64,000 nucleotides of DNA, taken from contig CALBZW010000011.1 of NCBI GenBank assembly GCA_937889535.1, positions 140,513 to 204,512 on the forward strand, given 5' to 3'. Positions 1 to 6,862 of the stretch are shown one piece after another. The translations under genes and the position numbers were made by a program. Numbering within the stretch: position 1 is the first letter of the stretch; each line of letters starts with the position of its first letter. The notes under the pieces are model-generated. The model worked only from the letters and a program-made list of their open reading frames with translations. It did not search any database and was not told the origin of the DNA. Origin of the DNA: an uncultured Candidatus Saccharibacteria bacterium. GTDB lineage: Bacteria; Patescibacteriota; Saccharimonadia; Saccharimonadales; Saccharimonadaceae.

Positions 1-1429
1 AGCGATTCTTGCGACCAGGCTTCGCGGCAGGCTTTGACGTCTCGGCAGCCCGAGCAGCAATACTACGCTCAACCTTCGGATTGAACTTCCCTGGGCTGCT
101 GGAAAGCGGGCGTTTTTCGACGTTGACCGACCTCAAAAACGGCGATTCCCCGCCGAGGGCGTAGCGATTATTATCAGGTTCTGATTTCTTCTTACTAAAA
201 CTATAATTTGAGATATTATCAGCCTTAATTGTCGGGAGTTCGGGGGTGGTACTGACATGGCCGGCGGCGACTTTTTGCGCCTTAATACTGCCGGTCGGAG
301 CTTTGTCGCCGATGGGCTGAGGTGGGTTTTCGGGGTGATAGCTTTCGATCACGCCAAGGTCGTCAGGAGTTGTAGTTTTTTTCTTAACATTGAGCTTCGG
401 TGGCTCAGCCATAACATAAGAACTGTCGGTTGGCAACGCAGATGGTTGATTGGCGGAAAAATCTTTAGGTTTCGTACGAAAACGCGAGGTACGAACGTTC
501 GCCATGCCAAGGACTTCGGCGGTCTGAGCCTTGCGAGAAAGCGTGCGGGCTTTGGTTACGGTCTGAGCGCCCTGCTGCCCCGCACGCGCACTAGCGCTAC
601 GGCGGGCGCCGGCGAGCATTTGCGGGTCACGTGAGGCGCTAACCTTACGCTTTGGCTGAGAGATCGGGGTGGGTGTAGTGACGGATGCTTCGGAAGTTGT
701 GGACGGGATAATTTTCACGGTCAGAGCAGTGTCATCCTTGGCGGGTAAATTCGCCTGGCCGCTAGTCAGAGTTTTAGTCTTCGTTCCCTGGGCAACGCCC
801 TGCGGCTGAACAATTTGAGCGTCTATGGCGTTCCGGCGCAAGAATTTTGCAAGTTTGCTAGGCGCTGAAGTCGACTGCGCGGCAGTATTAACTGGACGGG
901 CAACCCGAGCCATGCGCGCATTGGGCGGTAAAACAACCGGTGCGGGCTTCGGACGGGCCGCGGCACCAAGTTTAAGCGAGGTACGAACAACCGGGATTTC
1001 TCGCTCAGGACGCTTCTGAGCGCTAGCTGGTTGTGATTTCGCAAGCGGGTCAAGCGAACTAGTACGCGTGTCAATTTTCGTCTCATCTTCGGCGCGGCGT
1101 AGAAGCGCAGAGGCTGAAGTGCGAGTCGATTCCATACTTCGTTGGATTGAGCCATGGTGAAGATTGGCGGCAGATTTAGTTTGCTGGACGCCAGCCTGTC
1201 CGGCGGCAGCATTGACGGCTTCGCGCGCGGACATAACGATCGGTGGCTGAGGATGTTTTGCCTGTTCGGCGTACATAGCATTAATCGCAGCTTTAGCTGA
1301 GGTAACAGGAGTAGGTTGGGGTTGAGGTGCAGGTTGTTGAGGAGCCGACGACTGAGTGGTTTGATTCGTGGATGATGGCTGCGGTGCTGAATACATGGCG
1401 CCAAAATCAATCTGTTGCTTGTTCGGCAT
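1..1429 (-). CDS. hypothetical low-complexity (P/Q/A/T/S/K-rich) protein, partial; C-terminus runs off the window
   Basis: Hand translation of the minus frame from ATG at 1429 (MPNKQQIDFGAMYSAPQPSSTNQTTQ...). The first ~60 codons were checked base by base and the rest read quickly; the frame appears open to position 1. It is absent from the ORF track, presumably because it is partial. Track ORFs 257..634(+) and 823..1410(-) look like shadow frames. Confidence 0.5.
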   Translation of the reverse strand, partial: MPNKQQIDFGAMYSAPQPSSTNQTTQSSAPQQPAPQPQPTPVTSAKAAINAMYAEQAKHPQPPIVMSAREAVNAAAGQAGVQQTKSAANLHHGSIQRSMESTRTSASALLRRAEDETKIDTRTSSLDPLAKSQPASAQKRPEREIPVVRTSLKLGAAARPKPAPVVLPPNARMARVARPVNTAAQSTSAPSKLAKFLRRNAIDAQIVQPQGVAQGTKTKTLTSGQANLPAKDDTALTVKIIPSTTSEASVTTPTPISQPKRKVSASRDPQMLAGARRSASARAGQQGAQTVTKARTLSRKAQTAEVLGMANVRTSRFRTKPKDFSANQPSALPTDSSYVMAEPPKLNVKKKTTTPDDLGVIESYHPENPPQPIGDKAPTGSIKAQKVAAGHVSTTPELPTIKADNISNYSFSKKKSEPDNNRYALGGESPFLRSVNVEKRPLSSSPGKFNPKVERSIAARAAETSKPAAKPGRKNR

Positions 1430-1466
1430 AGCGGCTCCAGATCGGTTTTGGCTCAGGGGATCCATG

Positions 1467-2237
1467 TTAGTCTTGTACCTTCTTTGCGATTTCGATAATG
1501 TCGATAAACTGATCGGCGATTAAGCTAGCACCGCCGACAAGCAGGCCGTTAATCTCGGGAATTGTCAGATAGCCTCCGGCGTTCGACGGGTTCACGCTGC
1601 CGCCATATAGTAGTGGAATTTCTTTCGCGGTCGCCGCGCCGTAGGTGTCTTTCAGAGTGCGACGGATAAACCCAGCGACGTCGCCAATTTCGTCAGGAGA
1701 AGCGAGATGAGCGTCGGTCGTCGTACTAATCGCCCAAATCGGTTCGTAGGCAATGATAACCTTTGAAATATCTTCGGTCGAAACTTCGGAAAGCCCGCCA
1801 AGGAGTTGATCGCGAATCACATCTTCGGTCTCACCAAAAGTATGCTCGGTCTCAGTCTCGCCAACACAGAGAATCGGGGTAATCTGGTTGCGTAAAGCGG
1901 CAGCAACAGAAGCACGGATATCCTTGTCGCTCTCATGGAAGAGTTGACGACGTTCGGAATGACCGATAATACCGTAATCAACAATGCCACGGAGTTGAGT
2001 ATACGAGACGGCGCCAGTATATGCACCAAAATCGTGTGGATTGCCAGCTTGAGCAGCAAGGCGAAGTTTCTTGCGGTCGATCTGGAGCGATAGAGGTTGC
2101 AAGGCGACAAATGACGGTGAAACGACCACGGTGAGGCCTCGCGAAGCGCGGAGTTTTTGCGAAAGTTTATGAAGATAGACGGATGATTCCCCAACAGAGA
2201 AATTCATCTTCCAGTTGCCCACGATATATGATTTCAT
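1467..2237 (-). CDS. tpiA: triosephosphate isomerase
   Basis: MKSYIVGNWKMN..., IGHSERR, AYEPIWAIST motifs. Start moved to ATG 2237, which lies 6 nt downstream of TGCTATAAT (2244-2252, minus). Confidence 0.9.
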   Translation of the reverse strand: MKSYIVGNWKMNFSVGESSVYLHKLSQKLRASRGLTVVVSPSFVALQPLSLQIDRKKLRLAAQAGNPHDFGAYTGAVSYTQLRGIVDYGIIGHSERRQLFHESDKDIRASVAAALRNQITPILCVGETETEHTFGETEDVIRDQLLGGLSEVSTEDISKVIIAYEPIWAISTTTDAHLASPDEIGDVAGFIRRTLKDTYGAATAKEIPLLYGGSVNPSNAGGYLTIPEINGLLVGGASLIADQFIDIIEIAKKVQD

Positions 2238-2291
2238 AATTTTATTATAGCACAAGAATCTGGCTAGGGTTGACATTGTTTCACGAAATGT

Positions 2292-3092
2292 TTAGTGCGT
2301 AGAAACAAGGCCGAGAATGCCACGCAAAGCGTAGAGGGTGTCTTCGTGTGAGCGGACAGTAATAGTGTCGATACCCATTTGGACGACTGGATAATCGTTC
2401 CCTCCGGGTTGGGTCATATCACCAAAGTAGAGAACGTCGGACTTCTCAGCTTTTAACTCTTCAAGCAAGTGCGTCATACCAAATTCCTTGTTCATACCGG
2501 GCGCAGCGACATTGATAGAAGTTGTGCCACCAATTTCGTAGAGGAAATCAGGTAAGGCTTTTTGACATTCAGCGACAATCTGTTCGCGTTTTTTGCAATC
2601 TGGGTCCCAAGCGTATTTTTCTTCGGTGCCAGCGGTTTGACCAAGGGCGGAGAAAGTGACCTGAGAGAGGCGGTTTTCGATGATTTCATCGCCAGGCTTG
2701 AGCTTGTCGGCTTCCCAGTAGCCTAATTTCTCGGCGGCAGCCTGGAGAGTTGTTGTGATTTTTACAACGTCTTCCTCCTTGAGCGGATAATTATAGACTT
2801 GTTCCCAATCATGTTGCTCGAGGTTGTAACGATAATACTGTGTACCTTGAGCGACAAAAAGGTGGAGATGAGTTAATTGCTCTTCGGTGACGTCGACTTT
2901 TTTCAGCTCATCGACAATCTGGATAAGAAATTGCTCAAATTTTTGACCAGAGATCGGGCAAATTTCAAAATAATTAAGACAATTTTTCAGAACTTCGGCA
3001 ATTTCGGGCGGGATTGGGGTTTTCGCGATATTGAGCGTTTGGTCGATGTCAAATGCTAAAATTCGCTTGTGATTGGTTGGGGTTTGATACAT
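2292..3092 (-). CDS. HAD-IIB family hydrolase (phosphomannomutase-like)
   Basis: N-terminal DIDQT (DxDxT) motif and C-terminal FGD...GGNDYP motif. GGAGGAAAAT precedes the ATG. Confidence 0.7.
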   Translation of the reverse strand: MYQTPTNHKRILAFDIDQTLNIAKTPIPPEIAEVLKNCLNYFEICPISGQKFEQFLIQIVDELKKVDVTEEQLTHLHLFVAQGTQYYRYNLEQHDWEQVYNYPLKEEDVVKITTTLQAAAEKLGYWEADKLKPGDEIIENRLSQVTFSALGQTAGTEEKYAWDPDCKKREQIVAECQKALPDFLYEIGGTTSINVAAPGMNKEFGMTHLLEELKAEKSDVLYFGDMTQPGGNDYPVVQMGIDTITVRSHEDTLYALRGILGLVSTH

Positions 3093-3122
3093 ATTTTCCT
3101 CCGAAATTATTTTGGTATGGGC

Positions 3123-3151
3123 TTGACGAATGTTTTGTGTATTGTTAAAAT
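3123..3151 (+). promoter_or_regulatory. sigma70-type promoter for the short antisense RNA (TTGACG-17-TGtTAAAAT)
   Basis: TTGACG at 3123-3128, a 17-nt spacer, and an extended -10 with TAAAAT at 3146-3151. No plus-strand gene lies downstream before the terminator. Confidence 0.5.
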
Positions 3152-3157
3152 GGGACT

Positions 3158-3209
3158 ATAAGTTTTTATTTGTTGTTCTTAGTCTTGCGGCTGAGAACAA
3201 CTTTTATTT
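3158..3209 (+). ncRNA. candidate ~50-nt cis-antisense RNA overlapping the 3' end of sORF A
   Basis: Predicted TSS is about 7 nt after the -10. Hairpin GTTGTTCT (3172-3179) / AGAACAAC (3194-3201) is followed by TTTTATTT. Confidence 0.4.
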
Positions 3210-3255
3210 CGGAGACTCCAGATTGGAGCTCGAAAGTCAGTTTGACTCTACTCAT
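3166..3255 (-). CDS. small ORF A, 29 aa (MSRVKLTFELQSGVSEIKVVLSRKTKNNK)
   Basis: GGAAGGGGTGAGT lies immediately 5' of ATG 3255; stop TAA at 3166-3168. Paralogous to the sORF at 22719..22802. Below the 60-aa cutoff of the track. Confidence 0.45.
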   Translation of the reverse strand: MSRVKLTFELQSGVSEIKVVLSRKTKNNK

Positions 3256-3409
3256 ACTCACCCCTTCCACATTTTAATTTACTAAAGTTTTATCGACCTT
3301 AGTTCGTCTTGCCCATGCGTTCATGCTAGCAGAACAAAAAATAAAAGTAAACCCCTAGGGTTGATAAGTTGCAAAAATATGTTTTCGTATAGTTTTTCCA
3401 GGGTTATAG

Positions 3410-3438
3410 TTGACATTTTTGATAAAGTGTGCTATAAT
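3410..3438 (+). promoter_or_regulatory. consensus promoter TTGACA-17-TGCTATAAT
   Basis: TTGACA at 3410-3415 and TATAAT at 3433-3438, with an extended TG. Confidence 0.6.
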
Positions 3439-3484
3439 GGAGAGTAGAGGGCTGGGGGATTCCCCTGGTACATATTAAAAGGAG

Positions 3485-4045
3485 GTGGTTGTCTTGAAGA
3501 GGCAATCGAAGTTGTTATATGAATCGGCAAATATTCTCTGCTGGTTTCGGACTATTGTAAGCGTAGTGTTAGCTCTGATTTCTCGGGCGAGCGTGGCGTT
3601 TGCAGTGTTGTTCGCGTTGGCGTTCATTAGTGACGCCCTGGATGGTTGGTGTTATCGGAAATTTGCGAAAGAGCGACCATACCAGCACTGGTTTAATCGA
3701 CTACCAATCACAATGGATCCGATTGCGGATTTCTTCCTTGTAGGAGGAGGGATCATCCATGTTATGGATGATAAGCCCAGGGGCTTAGTTTGTTTTATCG
3801 GAATGGCAATCGTGATGCTACTTTGGAGTGTAGTCGGCGGGCGAACAACTGGCAAATTGTACACTGTATTGATGACTGGACTGACGTATTACTGGTTTGT
3901 CATGATGGTAATAACAGTGGTTCTGGTCTGGCGTCATGATGGCGGTCCATGCTGGCCAATCGGCTTTATTGTAACTATTGTTAGTTTTTATGCCATCTGG
4001 TTCAAAACGAGAGTGAAGAACCGGACAATCCGTAGAAGGGGGTAA
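3485..4045 (+). CDS. multi-pass membrane protein, distant CDP-alcohol phosphatidyltransferase-like motif
   Basis: Hydrophobic throughout; SDALDGW...DPIAD resembles the DG..AR...D...D motif. AGGAGG at 3479-3484 favours the in-frame TTG at 3494 over the GTG at 3485. Confidence 0.55.
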   Translation: MVVLKRQSKLLYESANILCWFRTIVSVVLALISRASVAFAVLFALAFISDALDGWCYRKFAKERPYQHWFNRLPITMDPIADFFLVGGGIIHVMDDKPRGLVCFIGMAIVMLLWSVVGGRTTGKLYTVLMTGLTYYWFVMMVITVVLVWRHDGGPCWPIGFIVTIVSFYAIWFKTRVKNRTIRRRG

Positions 4046-4050
4046 AATGG

Positions 4051-4833
4051 ATGAGAATTTTTATTGCTGCTTTAATGATTAACGCATTGAGTTTTATGGT
4101 GATGCGGATTTATTGGCGATTAACTGGGAAACTGAGTGCGGAGATTGTATTCCCGCGGCAGAAATTCCGCACGGAGGATGAGGATGGAGTGATATTCTTG
4201 TCGGCGGGAAATCTGGCGCAGCCGCGCAAAGCCTTTGAGTTTTTGTATTCGAAACTGAGGCGCAAACAGTATGCGTTTCTGGAGTTCAAGATGATCGGCT
4301 GGAGCGCACGAGAGACGGCGAGAGCAATCGCGAAGGCAGTTTGGCCGGGCAACCGGGTGACAATGTATGCGATTTCGGTCGGAGACCACGTGGCGAGATA
4401 TCTTGATGAGTCGCCAGCTCTGACGCAACTGCAGATCTACACGATTAACCCGTGTCCATGCCGGAGAGCCGTGCGAAAAGAGCTGAGAATATTGCTAACC
4501 GTAGCGGCGCCGATTTTCTGGGTATTATGCCATATGATAGGCTGGCTAAGCGTTATACCGTTCATCCCGGCGACTGGCGGTAAATATTCGCTGGTACTGT
4601 TGGCAGACCAGTATATGACGATTGCTTTTGATGAACCTCCGATAATTTATGCTCCTCATACGCAGGGAGTAATCTTGAGTGCAGCGGATGAGCTGCTGGA
4701 TAATGATTATCTGGAGCAGGTATTTGCAGACCAGAAGATCGCAAGAGTGCCGACACACCACGGTGATACCGTCGGGATGGCGTTCGAGTATCTGCGTGGA
4801 GTAGAGAAGTTGCTGGAACTTCCAGAAGAATAA
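4051..4833 (+). CDS. hypothetical protein, alpha/beta-hydrolase-like; paralog of 45515..46327
   Basis: 260-aa ORF with an N-terminal TM segment and a shared hydrophobic ...IPF(F/I)P segment with the paralog. Confidence 0.55.
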   Translation: MRIFIAALMINALSFMVMRIYWRLTGKLSAEIVFPRQKFRTEDEDGVIFLSAGNLAQPRKAFEFLYSKLRRKQYAFLEFKMIGWSARETARAIAKAVWPGNRVTMYAISVGDHVARYLDESPALTQLQIYTINPCPCRRAVRKELRILLTVAAPIFWVLCHMIGWLSVIPFIPATGGKYSLVLLADQYMTIAFDEPPIIYAPHTQGVILSAADELLDNDYLEQVFADQKIARVPTHHGDTVGMAFEYLRGVEKLLELPEE

Positions 4834-4885
4834 AACCAGCCGGCTGCTTGTCATGAGCGGCCGTTTTTATGCTATAATTATAGGT

Positions 4886-6097
4886 ATGAAATTATCAGAA
4901 GAACTTATTTGGCGCGGATTTGCGGCCGAAACTACAATCAAAGACCCAGCAGAACTTGATACGAGGGCGTCAAAGAAGTTTTATTGGGGGGCAGATCCGT
5001 CGGCTGATTCCCTGACAATTGGAAATTTGGCGGCAGCGATGATGTGCGCGTGTTTTGTGCGGCACGGGTATGAGCCGTATCTGCTGGTCGGAGGAGCGAC
5101 AGGACAGATTGGTGACCCGAAAGATAACGGGGAGCGAGATCTGAAGTCACTAGAAGAGGTTGAGCATAACAAGGCCTGCATCGCGGCGCAGATGAAGAAT
5201 GTAGTCAAGAGTGATAATCTGGTAATGGTCGATAATTACGACTGGTTTAAGGAGATGAATTACTTGACGTTCCTGCGCGAAGTTGGGAAGGTGTTTTCAA
5301 TGACGCAGCTCCTCGACCGGCAGTTCGTCCAGAATCGGATTGGCGAGGGCGGAAGTGGGATTTCGTATGCAGAGTTCTCGTATACACTGATTCAGGGATA
5401 TGATTTCTTGCATTTGTACCGGACGTACGGGATTGATTTGCAACTCTGCGGGGCGGACCAATTCGGAAACTGTTCGAGCGGAATTCATCTAATCAAGCGA
5501 CTGGAGGGAGCAACAGCGGATGCTTGGAGCACACCACTGATAATTGACCCGGCGACGGGGCGGAAGTTCGGAAAATCAGAAGGTAATGCAGTGTGGCTGG
5601 ACAGCAAAAAGACATCGGTGTTCGACTTCTATCAGTTTTGGATGAATCAGCCGGATAGCTCGGTAGAGTATTTGATGAAGATTTATACGTTGCTTTCTCG
5701 AGAAGAGGTTGAGGAAATTATGCGGGAGCAGGCTTTGGCGCCGGAAAAGAGGATGGCGCAGAGGGCGCTGGCGAAGGGCGTAACGGAAGTCGTGCATGGA
5801 GAGCAGGCGACCGAAGCGGTGATTGCGCTCAGTGAGAGGTTGTTCACAGGTGGATTGAATGAGCTGACGGAAGACGAGATTGCGGAGATGGGGCAGTATC
5901 TAGCACAGGGGCAGATGGGCCGGAAGCTGTTTGATTTGCTGGTGGAGACCGGGTTGTGTGCAAGCAAGGGGGAGGCGAGGAAGTTGGCGAGCGCGGGGGC
6001 GATTAGCGTAAACGGGGTAAAAGTGACCGAGGATACGGTCGTTGACCAGGTGGCGTTGCTGAAACGGGGTAAAAATAAGTTTGCGGTCGTAATGTAG
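4886..6097 (+). CDS. tyrS: tyrosine--tRNA ligase with C-terminal S4 domain
   Basis: GADPSADSL..., LVGGATGQIGDP and KFGKS (KMSKS) motifs. Start re-called to ATG 4886, 7 nt after TGCTATAAT (4870-4878). Confidence 0.9.
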   Translation: MKLSEELIWRGFAAETTIKDPAELDTRASKKFYWGADPSADSLTIGNLAAAMMCACFVRHGYEPYLLVGGATGQIGDPKDNGERDLKSLEEVEHNKACIAAQMKNVVKSDNLVMVDNYDWFKEMNYLTFLREVGKVFSMTQLLDRQFVQNRIGEGGSGISYAEFSYTLIQGYDFLHLYRTYGIDLQLCGADQFGNCSSGIHLIKRLEGATADAWSTPLIIDPATGRKFGKSEGNAVWLDSKKTSVFDFYQFWMNQPDSSVEYLMKIYTLLSREEVEEIMREQALAPEKRMAQRALAKGVTEVVHGEQATEAVIALSERLFTGGLNELTEDEIAEMGQYLAQGQMGRKLFDLLVETGLCASKGEARKLASAGAISVNGVKVTEDTVVDQVALLKRGKNKFAVVM

Positions 6098-6220
6098 GCC
6101 GCCCATACTTCTATTGTAGCACAGATTTTGATTTTTGTCAATGGATGGGGTGCGTAGTTGACAATTTTGAGCTACTGATGTATAATAGAATAGTCACATG
6201 TTGGGGGTCTCGAGAAAGAG

Positions 6221-6733
6221 GTGAGTTCTTTGAAGTATGCAATAGTTTTGGATTTTGGATATCCTAATGACCCGGAGGAGATTTCCAGTATTACAGATTT
6301 GGCGCAATGTGCGCAGAGAAATTACTGGAAAGATGATGACGCTGTGGTTTTGGCACAATCTTGCACTTATGAGCATCTGATGAAAGGCGACTTGTTCCCG
6401 AAAGGAAAGTTATTAAGGATTAATGTCGGACAGTCAAACACGAATGGCCTGGAAGAGGGTGGTTCATATCATGTCCTAAAAAGGGCGAGTGAAATGATTG
6501 CAGAAAGAGGCGATAGCTACGCAGAAACAGAGGTAGAAATAGTGGCGCATAAGTTACATCTGCCGCGCGTAATGAAGCAGGCTGAGCTTTTTAACCTAAA
6601 GGTAAGGCCAAGCAAGAATTTACCGACTAATCTCTATCCAACGGCAGCACAATGGTGGTGCCGTAAGAAATACCTCTGGTATTTCCGGGAAATCGTGGGT
6701 TATATTCCACTCAAACTGAGTGGGCAACTTTGA
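6221..6733 (+). CDS. hypothetical protein, possibly DUF218/YdcF-like
   Basis: 170-aa ORF behind TTGACA-17-TATAAT and an AAGAGGTGA SD. The start could be GTG 6221 or TTG 6230. Confidence 0.5.
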   Translation: MSSLKYAIVLDFGYPNDPEEISSITDLAQCAQRNYWKDDDAVVLAQSCTYEHLMKGDLFPKGKLLRINVGQSNTNGLEEGGSYHVLKRASEMIAERGDSYAETEVEIVAHKLHLPRVMKQAELFNLKVRPSKNLPTNLYPTAAQWWCRKKYLWYFREIVGYIPLKLSGQL

Positions 6734-6751
6734 TATCCAAAACAATAATAT

Positions 6752-6785
6752 GAGCGTCCGGCTTTTATAGCGGGCGCTCTTCAAT
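6752..6785 (+). terminator. possible intrinsic terminator
   Basis: GAGCGTCCG / CGGGCGCTC stem (one G-U pair) with a weak T tract. Confidence 0.35.
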
Positions 6786-6862
6786 TATGACAGGAAAGTG
6801 ATTTTTGGGAACTTTGGGCGCAGAAAAGTAGTTTTTATGCTATTTGTGCTATAATTGAAAGT

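Larger units (their letters stand above)
3117..3316. repeat. ~200-bp inverted-repeat-bounded sORF/antisense cassette, copy A
   Basis: Arms are ATGGGCttGACGAA (3117-3130) and TTCGTCttGCCCAT (3303-3316). Same length and internal layout as 22657-22855. Confidence 0.45.

Noticed and set aside
257-1410. Track ORFs 257..634(+), 823..1410(-) and 825..1019(+) as genes.
   Set aside because: Their translations are Arg/Leu/Pro-rich nonsense typical of shadow frames. A different minus frame is open from ATG 1429 and appears to stay open to the window edge, so it is the more plausible gene.
3314-3316. Leaderless mini-ORFs (MGKTN at 3316, MASAVW at 63254) as real peptides.
   Set aside because: They are 5-6 codons long with no conservation evidence. 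An ATG at the predicted TSS may be coincidental. They are mentioned only as a feature of the transcripts.
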